A DNA stretch of 64,000 nucleotides from Sphagnum compactum (taxonomy: Eukaryota): positions 29,626,213 through 29,690,212 of the forward strand of contig OZ234493.1 of the NCBI GenBank assembly GCA_965153455.1, given 5' to 3'. The notes below the pieces were generated by a model. That model did no database searches. It saw only the letters and a list, made by a program, of their open reading frames with translations, and was not told the DNA's origin. The stretch's first letter is position 1, and each line of letters opens with the position of its first letter. Both the position numbers and the translations under genes were made by a program. Positions 23,801-35,465 of this stretch are shown here, piece after piece.

Positions 23801-26800
23801 TAATTAGGATGAAAGGTGTGAATTGACCTTAACATGATTGCTTTAAATCATAACTATTGTTCAAAAAGTTCACAAATATTTTTTTCATCATCATGAAATG
23901 TTTAAACAATGATGTACTAATGGTTGCAATGATATATGAGCTACTAACAATTGATTTTGGTTTGGAGTGAATGAAATTTGTGGGAATGCTATTGGGTCTT
24001 TAATTTTTGGTGTGTGAAGTTTGGCAATGGCTATTGGTTTTGCACTTGGAATTATGGAAGCTTACAAGGATGAATTATTTAATGATGTTGCATGGAGTTG
24101 GTGTGTGAATGAATAAATGGAGGACCTATTTCATTAGTTGAATAAAGAATTTCCATGGTAGGAAGCATTCGGACTTCTATGTTTTTGTGTTGAGTAGAAT
24201 GCACTACAAAATAGATATTGCACTTTGAGTTTTAAATTAAGCATAAAGAGGAACTTTGTAATTTGCTATGTAGTTATACCTTTTGAAAGCTTAACATGAA
24301 TAATAGAGAGAGGAGCTTAAGTAGATGATGATATATTAAAAAATTTGCCTTGATTCTATGAAAACATACAAAGACATGTGCAATCTTATGATGTTGTGAG
24401 AGCAAAACCAGAAATGTAGGAAAACCTGAAGTGAAATCTTGTACTCTCTAATCCTAGAGTGCCTTATTCATCCATGTAAAACCTGTTGCCGTAGCAAGTT
24501 ATCTATTGTAGGAGCAAAGATTGAATCATTTCTTACATCTAATCCTATTTTATGAATACAAAAACCTTTAAGCTAGATTCAAACCAAGGGTTACTACAAA
24601 TATTTTTATTCCACTTAACTCCCTCTTGATTTGGGAGTTAAAATGACCAATCATAGAACTTGGAGTAAATTAACCTTCATGTTATTCACACAAGGGGATA
24701 GATAATATAGTACGATGGGCTTAATTTAGCTCTATGTTGAACCATTTACATTGAGGGGATGTCCAAACTATGCAAAATGTTTGGGCAGCTTAGTGAAACT
24801 TACAAATTTATTTTTTCCTCGTGCTACCAAAAACAATTGGGCACTTTGCAGAAATTTCCTGAGAATTTTATTGTTGGATGCTCGAATTTGTTCTGGCAAT
24901 AATGGGAATTTTATGCAGCCTGATAATTTTGGGCAAATTATATAGATTGAAAGAAATTTCACTTCTGCTCAAAAATTTGGGCACTGTGGAAAAATCCTGA
25001 TGTTCGAAAAAGAATTTGATAAAAACTTTCCAGGAGGCTCAAAACATTTCAGTTTTGGGATTTATTTGCACAATAATGTTGGGCATATTAGAAACGTTAA
25101 AAATTTTCAATTCTGCTCCCAAAAATGTTAGGCACTCTGGAAAAAAGGGCAAATGACCAAATCTTTATTTGGAAAAGAAAATTCAAACAAAGAAAAATTT
25201 CAATTTTCCAATACACATGTATTTAATCTTTTTGTAATGGAAAAAAAAGGAAAGAAAAAGTGTGGGTTCTCCCCCCACCATCTCCTCAAAAAAAAAAGTT
25301 AAATAGAAGATGGAGTTTTTTTAAAAAGGAAATAATTAAAGTAGTACTATTTCCCAAAGCTCCTTTAAGTTTATTATAGCTTTAAATAAAGTGCTATTTT
25401 ACTAAAAAAATTAAAAAGGTTGAGTGTATTAATTATAAATCTAAAAAAATAATATTGACCCACTCTTGCTTTCAAAGAATATGCCATACAATGTGAAATT
25501 ATTTTTACACCCTTGCACAATTTTATCTCCTTTTCCCCTTTGTTTTTTCTTATGTCATTGGCAAAGCAATTTCCACCTTCCCCAAGAGAACTAATCCAAA
25601 TATGTTTGCTTGTTTGACTCTCACTTGGTCCTCAAATTTAATGGTGGTGTTGGGTAGGGAGTTCTTTGTACTTGGTACAAAGGCCTCTAAACCAACCTAA
25701 GGTGATTTACTAAAAGATGAAACATGACAACTCTTATTTCTCTTAGCCTTCTTTCCTACATCCATTTACTAATACCTTTTGAGGTCTAGCATACATTTTG
25801 TTTTGCAAAATCCATTTTAACAATAATATAAAATAATTATAAAATTTTGGTGATAATTCATAATTATAGGCAACTTTTGATAGGTAGCTTCTTTGGCAAG
25901 TTCTTTTGATTGTAAAATTTAAAGAATGACTTTTAGAAAATAGGTTATGAAATTTTGACAATAAATATAGATGCCAACTTTTAGCGGGTTCTTTCAACTC
26001 TAAACTTTTAAAGCGTGAGACTTTTACAACATTTTTTACTCTATTTTTTTTTGCAAAAATAAAGAAAGATAATATTCCACTAAATTATAGGATACTTGTT
26101 TAATATTGAATACTTGTTTTACAAGGGTGGACCAGCATAAAGCAAGAAGCTCTTAGATTTCCAATTTCCACCAATTATTTTTATTTTGCCTTATTTTCAT
26201 ATTGCTTTGCCCACATATTGTTCTTATTATTTCTCCTTTAGTTCATCTCTCAATACTAAAAGTTACCTGTTGTTTTCACCTTTGCTTGTACAATGGATTT
26301 AGTTTCAAGATTTAAAATAATGATCTAGATATAACCTATGTTGGGAAGGAGTTTGAGAAACAAAAATAGGATGATCTAATATGACACCCAAAAAGGGAGG
26401 AAAAAATATGTAAGTCAAAACCCACACAACACCCCCAAAAAGAAAATCAATCCCCCCCCCCCCCCCCCCCCCTCTCCAAAAAAATATTCTCACTAGAAGA
26501 AAAAGTGGGACATACACCAAACAAAAACAAGTTATTGTTTAACTCCTTGGTTTTCTTAAAACTTAGTAGTGCCCATGGTCAATGTAGATTTATAGGAAAT
26601 GAATGAACGCATGAAGGAATTTGTCTTCCTCTCTTTCTCATTCTCTCATTTTTCTTTTCCTCCATGTGTTTGCAGCTACAATATAAAAATTGTGATTTGG
26701 TGAGATTGTGAAAGTATGGAATGAATATGTGGAAGCTCAATTGAGGTTTTGTGAATTCAACTATTTAGTTTGTTGTTCAATGTTTTCAATTAGATTTTGA

Positions 26801-27269
26801 CCAAAAAAATTTGGACAAGTTTGAAGAATGTAAACCTAGTTTTTTGTTATTATTGTTTTTAGTGGTGATGGTGAGTTGAAGGTGTGTCGAGGTTGAGAAG
26901 TCTAAGAAAAACAAGTCCAGAATTGTGCATTGGGAGATAGATGTGGAAGACAACTTATGAATTGGAGTTTGTTAAATTTGCACTTGTTAGCTTCTTGGTA
27001 AACTTGAGATTGTTGTTGTTGTTGTTATTTTGAATAGGGATTTGTAAATTTGAGGTGCAATATGTGATGGAGGATTTGTTGTAGCTACTAAAGATGGTAT
27101 TAGACATTCATATTTTTGGGGTTGAATTTCAAGGGATTCTTTTGGGTGACGGTGGTGGTAATGGTGGTGGGCAGGTGAAAGAGGAAACAATGCAATGAAA
27201 TTTAGATATTTGGATTTTTAAATCCATTTTTTTCTTTTTGAAATGAAGAGTTTACAAGTAAACAAGCAA

Positions 27270-27758
27270 TTTTGAAGGTAATCAAGGAATCATGGGGTCA
27301 ATGATTCCACAAGAAAACCAACTTGTGGTGAGCTTCTTTCTTTCTATTGATGTTTGTTTCTATTGAAAAAAGGTTAATACGAGAGTTCAAGGAAAAATAA
27401 AGCATGGGCATGGTTTGTTGAACTTTTATAGTTGCAGAGCTTTTCTTCATTACTAGTCATGGTTGTGAGCATGTTCAATTGTGGCCTAAACAAATTCACT
27501 TTTGAATCCATAACTAATTCATTTTTTTCTATTTTTTCTTGTTGTATGTTTAGAATTTGCAATCAAAACCACCTCTTAAGTAACTCGATTGTGTCAACAT
27601 TTGCCAGCTTTGTGGGGATGATGATGTTGGGGTGACTTTGGAAGCTAATAAGTTTTTTATCGTTTGTGATGAATGTTTATTTTTGATCTGTCAAACATGT
27701 TATGAACACAAGACCCAAAACATGGATGAAACCCATTTATATTATCATCATAAAGGTC
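27270..27758 (+). pseudogene. CESA: Cellulose synthase (CESA) N-terminal zinc-finger fragment
   Basis: 27563-27758 reads KPPLK*LDCVNICQLCGDDDVGVTLEANKFFIVCDECLFLICQTCYEHK...YHHKG. This matches the CESA CQICGDDVG...ACNECAFPVCRPCYEYE...YKRHKG motif, with a stop and loss of the last CxxC. A remnant like GSHNRNELVV (ttccacaag...cttgtggtg) lies at ~27305-27330. Confidence 0.8.
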
Positions 27759-27800
27759 ACCATTGGGTTGTTTTTCTCATAAATTTCTTGTTGGATATAA

Positions 27801-28648
27801 TCAACCAGGCTCAGGATTACCATGTTGCAGTCGTTGCACAGCAATGTGCTGCATTTGATCAGCAATCAAAGGATTGACTACAGGAGCACCTCCTCTATAA
27901 CCTCTTTCAACCCCTTGGGCCTTCCGTCCAACTGGCTGCTGCTTCCACTCCTCTTCAACTTGCTCTACAAGCTTTGTAATAGCAATGACAGCTCTGATGA
28001 CAGTCATTCTCACTTTCAATTCCCTCCCAATGTAGTTGGACAGCCCTGCGATCAAATTCAACATACTTTCCCTTGAACACCACAACTGTCTGCCTGCCCC
28101 TTATGTCCAAAGTACACCGAATTCATAACATGCCCTGCACCAGTATACTAAGAAACCTGTCTTGGTGAGGCACTGATCATGTGTCTGGTCATTACTGTAA
28201 TTGTGCCAACTTCCAATGGCAGAATTAACACCCTGAAAGAAATGTATCCAAGCCTTGTGGAAAGATCGATCAGTGATAATTTTCCATCTTTAGGATTCAA
28301 GAGAGGAAAGACACGTGAGAAAAATGCCCAACCTCACCACAAAGATGGCAAGTAAATTCCTCTGCCTTCCTGCACTTCCAGCTTCTTTCTACTGCTTTGG
28401 CCTTGGGTTCCCAGACTTTGGCTCCCCTACCTGTGAAATCTGTGGGAACAGCATTTGGATCACGAGGCTCATCTTCATCTTCTGAATCACTCGCATTTGC
28501 ACTCAAACCGTTTGTTGTTGTTGGTCTTGATGGCCGGTGCCACTTCTCGCCGTGTGTCCTGTAGTGCCTTTGGAGGCCCTGTGTACTCCGTTCCATACAC
28601 CTCCTTGAACCATTCCTCATCTCCATCATCATCCAGTTGATCAGCCAT
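27801..28648 (-). pseudogene. Plant CCHC zinc-knuckle protein copy, disrupted
   Basis: ATG at 28648 (MADQLDDDGDEEWFKEVYGTEYTGP), frameshift at ~28506, then DPNAVPTDFT...CHLCGEVGHFSH to 28315. Exon 2 starts at 28045 (GCPTTLGGN*), with a stop at 28016-18 and an apparent internal deletion. Confidence 0.8.
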
Positions 28649-30578
28649 TCCTCAAAGACTTGTGTTCCTCTGCTTCCTACTCACATTCGACCTCTTAATT
28701 CCTACTGTGGATGCAGCACACTACCGCCACCACCACCACCAAGACAGGCTTATTACCTCATCCGTCCCCCGTCCATACCAAGCTCCATGTTAGTGCAACA
28801 CAATATACTATACCTAGAGAAGAAGAAAGCAGACGGATTCCACAAACAAGCAGAACCGAAAATTCCTGTCCAAAAGCAGTCCATCACGATTGTAAGCTTG
28901 TGCTGTTCACGTTGTGTTTGGAGTTTACCAACAACAACAATAAAGAAAATATTATCAACGAAAAACAGCACGCAAATTGATCATGCCACAACAATCGTAC
29001 CAGCAATCAATAAGATTGCCCTAATCTAGTATAAAGGGAGACGAAAGAGCAAGCAAAAACAAAATTCTGACCACTTACTCTTCTTCTTCTTCTTCTTCTT
29101 CTTGTTGCGGCATCTCGATCCTTCAAAACTCGAAAGACCATTCCCGCAACAAACAATCGCAGCTGCAGCAGAGTATGGAGACGACGAGAACGACGAGAAC
29201 GACGACGAAGACGATGACGACGACGAAGAGGACGACGACTTATCTCCGTTTTACTTTGGAAGGTCCAATACAACCTGTACTGGGCCTATCAAATTCCGAA
29301 AGATCCATTTTTATGATTAGTCACTTTTTAAAAATAAGAAAAAAAAATTGTTACTTTATGTAGAGGAAGGTTATGCTATGGCAGGCTTTGGAATTTTTGA
29401 CCTCTCTCAACCTATCCACCTCAGGGACCTCAAATCCAGAAGGCCCCCCCCATAAGGGGACCTTCTCCTACATGAATACCCCTACATTGAACCTATTTTT
29501 TGAAAGCTGACCTACTTTTCTTTATCTTAATATAGAGCTAAGATCAACACCATAAACTTTTGCTATTTTCATTTTTTAAATTAAATTGTATTACTTGTCA
29601 CTATTGTTGTATTTATGTGATAGGTTTTGTTGTATTATGTTGTAGGGGAGGTTCTCATATGAGTGCGTTCTCTTGAAGAAGGGGCACTTGAGGGCGTGAG
29701 CTTGATGGTGTTCCCAAACCCTCAAGAAATCGCATGAGTACATGAACCTCCCCTTACATAAACAACTCTCTTTGTATTTCCTTGCTTCTTTCCCATCTCG
29801 TAGAAAAGAAATATTTCCATGGGAACATGGGAACATATAAGTTGTTTATGGTATATTTACTAACTTGAGAATTGAAATTCTAAGAAACCATACTCCATGA
29901 GTATTTACATATTACATGCACTGGTATATTGAAAAGTGATTTGATTTTACATTGGGGTTGGCTGTTGTGTTTCTCAATCTAAAATTGGTGAATTCAGTGA
30001 CACTTCTTTCTATGATTGTCAAATAGCCATCCCAAACTATGTACAGTTTTGCTCATATTTTACAATCACAAATTTACAACCCTTCAAATTTCTATGTCCA
30101 TGCATGTAAAATCTCTTGTGGTCAAGTTTTAAGTTAACTAGCTCAACACTAAGGACAGAGTAGCCAGCAAGAGTTCTAGTAGTAAACCTTTTCTTTGATG
30201 AAACAATGGAAGTGCATTGTGGTGGTGGAGGAAGAACCCTCAACTTTCCCTCAAATAACCTCTCAAGATGTTCTTGCTGCGACATTTGTATTCAATCTTT
30301 TTGGTAATCTGTATGAAATGAAGTGAAGGGTATGTTGTTGTGGTTTTCAAGCTTTCATGCTATTTGTATAGATTGCCACTAAAACTAAAACTGCATAACA
30401 AACCATGACTACTACTCTATTAGTATGCTTATAAGCTGGAAGGCTTTTCCATTGTCAAGTGCTCTATATGTTTCTAGAAGCAAGAGTTTCTTCGATGGGT
30501 AGGGTAATTGATAATGGCCATTGTAGTTTCAGGAAAAAATCAGAAAAAGATCCTTGTCCTTTCTCATCATCATCATCT

Positions 30579-31294
30579 TCAGGATTGTGTTGGAGTCTCC
30601 ACAGTGAGAGGGCAGTTGAAAGCTTCAAAGCCGAATTGTTGTACAAAGCAATCGATAAGCTGGTCTGTGACCACCGCTTGCCCTTGCAGCGGATGGGAGG
30701 AAGAGAGTTCCTTGCTGAGAGACGTGACCTCCTTATCGGCGATTCCACAAGGAACGATGTGTTGGAAGAACCTCAAATCCGGAGCTATGTTAAACGCCAA
30801 ACCGTGTGAAGTGATGCTGCCAGAGGAGACTCTGACGCCCACAGCACCGATCTTCTTCCTGTTGTCCGATACCCAAACCCCTGTCTCCTTCACTATTCTT
30901 CCTCTGGCGGTGATGCCATAGAGATGGCACAGTCGGATCATGGTGTCTTCCAAGCCTTCCACGTACTTGCGAACCCCGAGCTTCAAGTTTCTTAGAGACA
31001 GGATAGGATACAGGACTGCCTGGCCCGGGCCGTGGAACGTGATGTCGCCTCCTCTCTCAGTCTGGTGAATCTCGGCTCCCATGCTCCTCACAACGTCAGG
31101 CGTCGACAGAAGGTTGTGTAGCGTCCGACGCTTGCCGACTGTGAAAGTTGGAGGTGCTGCAAACACAAGAGCGTGTCGCAAATCGTGCCTACTCGCCGCT
31201 TCTCTACTAGCTCATTCTGAAGCACAAGTGCCGCTGCGTATTTCACTACTCCCATTCTCCAGATCTCCAATCTCCTCCCTCTCGATGTTGCCAT
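30579..31294 (-). pseudogene. LIP2: Octanoyltransferase LipB/LIP2, intronless, one frameshift
   Basis: ATG at 31294 gives LEIWRMGVVKY...DTLLCLQH in one frame. PPTFTVGKRR...RGGDITFHGPGQAVLYPI...KIGAVGV...TSHGLAFN...IVPCG is in another frame. One base is missing at ~31154 (CAC-CT-CCA). Confidence 0.88.
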
Positions 31295-31429
31295 CAATCT
31301 TTTCCTCAGGTTTCCAAGCTTTTTTCTTCTTCTCGCATGCACATGTTTTTTGTAGCCAACATGTGCACTGCATGAACTATACAGTTTTCGTCCATTCAGA
31401 ACATGGTTCCACAACTTCTCATCTCCATT

Positions 31430-32618
31430 GACAAGAGGATTCTGCTGTGGCTCTTGAACTCCTGAGTAGGTTATGTTTGGTAACTGATCGAGGTCGTCAA
31501 TTACTGGAAATACCTTTGATGCTCTGTGCCCTGGGCTATTTCCAGCAACCGACCACCTCTTGCTCTCCCAGTTGTTTTTGTGGGCTTGTGCCCCCACCCA
31601 ATGGTGTTCGCAAGCATGGACTCTTTCTGGCGGAAGGTAGCAGATGCTCTTTAGGATCTTGGACCTGACCCTGGGGATGCACTCTGCTTGTCACAGGAGT
31701 CTCCATCAGGTCTTACCAATCTTGGGGCCACCTGCTACGTGAACAATGTTCGGCAGTGCCTTTACATGAACAGGTATGCTTTTCAGCTCCTTAAATTAGT
31801 GTGGATAGGTCTCTCTGTTTGTTCTCTGTCTGCTGTGCCCATTGAGTGCTAGCTGACATCATGACTTAGGCTTGCTGTTGCTTTGGTTAGTTTGGAAGGG
31901 TTTGGTTTTGTAATTTGTCTGTTTTCTGACATGCCATTGGATCTGAAACTTCTATAACTGTACTATTCTGTGATCTCTAAATTTTTCTCGGGTTCGACAT
32001 AACTATGGAGAAAAAAGAGTATATAGGAGGGATCCAGCAAAGCATTGTGGTGATGTAGTTGTTTATGCTTTCCCCCCAGCACCCCCAAGTTAGTCCAGTA
32101 ATCCAGGGCCTTTTCATGGCATAAAACCCTCCAGATTGTAGCTACCAAGAATGGCAAATTTGTGTTGAAACTTTGCTAGTACCTGCCCTGTGTTCATTAG
32201 ATAACATGTTCAGGCATTGACCTCTCTACTTTTAACATATTATGTTGGAATTAGTAATTTTTGAACATGAGAGAAAAGATATAGGTGGAAGGATGTGCTA
32301 GCTGAGTGAAAGTGCATTGGTGAACAGGGCATTTCATACAGGTGTTTTTGCTGCAGAGGTTGAGTTGATGAATTGGCAGCCAGCACTGTACCAGCTAGGC
32401 CTCTTTTTTGCACAGTTGCATTCTGGGAAGAAGATGGCTGTGGGTTCAGCTCCCTTTGCAAGCACATTGGAGCTTGATAATGCAGTACAGCAGGATGGTC
32501 AGGAGTTTCTGAAGCTGCTACTTACATTACTGGAGAGAGTGCTTGCAACATTGGATTGTTTATTGGCTCAAAATGTTGTACAAAATGTGTTTCGTGGCAC
32601 CTTTTGCTATGTCATTAA
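31430..32618 (+). pseudogene. UBP26: Ubiquitin-specific protease UBP26-like 5' fragment (2 exons)
   Basis: CFCGLVPPPNGVRKHGL, frameshift at ~31625, TAG at 31652-54, then LGPDP and the Cys-box [21 protein letters not shown]. Intron 31774-32327. Exon 2 reads LFFAQLHSGK...LELDNAVQQDGQEFLKLLLTLLE to a donor after 32618. No further exons found. Confidence 0.88.
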
Positions 32619-32772
32619 GTGAGCATTCACTCATCCAATTTGATTTAGATTTTCAGTATCTGGGAGATAATTTTTCAAGATGTCTATTGAGTTTTGACAA
32701 AGGAATCTAGATCCTTCTTTTCACAATTATATGCAACTGTTCATATGTGGAGGATGTGTACAATTTCTGAAA

Positions 32773-35465
32773 TATGAGTAATTTTACTATAATATGAATA
32801 ATTCATGTACTTATTGTAATTCAATTATAGTAAATTATTATATTTAAAATTTAAAATTACTTATTTCCAATTAACAATTATAAGAACTACAAAATATTCA
32901 CATTAAATATTCATATTTTTACAGTAATCAAAATTAATTACTGCAATTATAATAATTTAATGAAAGTTCATGACTATATGTTTAGTGTTATTTTTTGAAT
33001 TTCATGATTATGTGCATATCCTTATTCAAATTGGCAATTTTAATTTGTAAATATTTTTGTCACATTGATGATTTCACCATATGTTTATGACATTTGAATA
33101 GAATACAATATGTAAAAAATAAAATGTGATGAAAAAATGAGCCACCCTATCTTGCAACTACCCCACGTCATCTTTGTGGATTGTGATTTAGTTGCAATAA
33201 TTTATTGACGACCTCTGTCGAGCATGCTTATCACACTTGGTGTATAAGAGAATACACACAACTTCATCCACTGTGTTGTTCCTTTTTGTAATGCCATTTT
33301 TATTACAAATTGGTGTGCAGCTTGGGGTTTAAAACTAGATTCCAAGGATGTTCAAGGGTGGGCATGAAAATAGAAGCAAATATGGTACAATCACTTCCAA
33401 TGGAAACACCCAACATTTCATTTTCACATGTGTTAAACACACTTTTGAATACATTTTGTTGTCTACATGTTTATGTTATTTATTTCCATTCATTTGTGTG
33501 TTTTGTTTCAAGATCTATCGTCTTCAACAATCAATTTTCCATTGTTCTCTTGTAGTCCTTAATCTTGATGCACATGACTCCATCTAGTTCATTGAGTCTT
33601 AATGTCCTTTTCGATATCATCCTTAATGAATTTCTTACATACACATGGTCAAGATCAATTAGTGCACCTTCATAATTTTTGTCACAAGAAGTGTCAAACC
33701 ACTAATTTTTGTGGGAACCAAGGTGTGGTTTCAAGAATTTAGAATCCTTAACAAGTCTTAATACAAGACCTTATAATTTTCCAAAATTTCCTATAATTGA
33801 ATTGAATCCTTTTGAATTGGGAATATGAGTCCTTGATTTTGTAGGAACATTTACTACCTAATAGTGTTCTTAGAATATTGGATCCGTGATTTAGGATCCT
33901 CAATTCTTCATTAAGACATGCAATCTTGTGTTAGGAATTGGATTCTTGGGTTACAACTCCACTTTTGTTTTATGAAACCCAATCTTGCATATTGAGCTTA
34001 ATTAAGTTTTTTATTTCATTTTTCAATCCTACTTCAAGAGTGTGGATCCTAGACTAACAATATTATGTCCTATATTGAGGAAAATTCATTCCATATTTTA
34101 TCATTGTATTGGTAGGGAAAGTAAGAAATGTCATTGGAAATACAATAGAAAGTTTTTGCATTAAAGATGTTTCACCATTTGTCTCCAAGGTTCTACAAGC
34201 CTTGACCAAAATCTTGCTAAAACAAAGCACAACAATTCATGGCAGAAAAGAGGATGGTAGGGTAATGTTTCATGAACTTTTACCACATTCATCTATAGGT
34301 GAAACATTCATTCCAATTGGCATAAACACAAAAAATCATGACAAGCTATCCAATGTCACATGTGAGTATGCTTCAACAAACTAGTGATAATTCTTGAACA
34401 CTTGCACATCGAGCAATGAACACACCCATTTCAATTATTGAATCATGTGATCATTTACCAAAACCTAGTTTATTGGCCCAAATGCCCCAACAATGCATAT
34501 ATTTCATTTAAAATTTGGTGTATGATGCATATGTGCAGTTTCTATAGTAAAGGTTTCACCCTAAAAAGTGAAGGTGCCAATATATACTATGTAGGTGATA
34601 GTCATTGTTCCTTTTTAGAAATTTTTATTTGTAATAAAAATAACTATCGTCCCTAAGAAAATTTAGCCAAATTTGGCTAGAAACCAAATATGAAATACAA
34701 ATTTTTTTTTGACTACACACTAAAAATAGAATATTACAACGAAGATTTTTTAAAAGTTTTTTCTTCACTTATGGTCTTTGAAAACCTCCAATATTTATCT
34801 ATGAAAGAAAGTAGTTTATTTGATTTGTTTGTCACATTGAAATCTCCCAAACCATGGTGTGTCTTGTCATGCTCTTGATGTCGTTGGAAAGCTCTCAATG
34901 AATACTAAGGGTGTATCAAGTTGGTTTCATAATGTTTCAACTTATAGTGCATAAGTTATTGAAAACTATTTTTTCATTGAAAATTCATTTAACTAAAAAT
35001 AAATTATAATGGAATTTGGGCACACTCTTGGCATTGCTAGAAAAATTTCAATTCATACGATTTAATGAAGGTGTTTGGATTTGCATAAATTCAATGACAT
35101 TTGCGAAAAAACTGAATTTTTAGTTTTTTTGTTCAAAATTCAATTAAATTACAAAACAATGGTTTTGGAAGGAAGAAATGGGTAACCAATTCACATTCAG
35201 GCCAATGACATAGGCTACACCAATACATTTGAGTTATAATCTTTCATCAATAGTCATTGTGGAAGAAGTAATGGCAAAACTTCTCACAAAATCTAGGTAT
35301 GAAAAATGAGACTACTTTAGGAAGGGGAATGGAACCTTGGGACTTAAGAGTAACTTATTTCAATGTTCTTAAAGTTTTGCCTTCATTTTACATGCAAAAG
35401 GTGTCAATGGCATTATAACGAGCATAGGAAACTTTTATTTTGAGGTGTGTTATTATTATAGGTGA
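32773..35465. repeat. Right copy of large inverted duplication (partner 3700-6055)
   Basis: Inverted match to 3700-6055, plus an extra 384-bp segment (34800-35183) absent from the left copy. Confidence 0.95.

Noticed and set aside
29007-29363. Acidic and Arg-rich ORFs
   Set aside because: Products of (CTT)n and (GAC)n microsatellites, probably in the 5' region of the CCHC gene copy.
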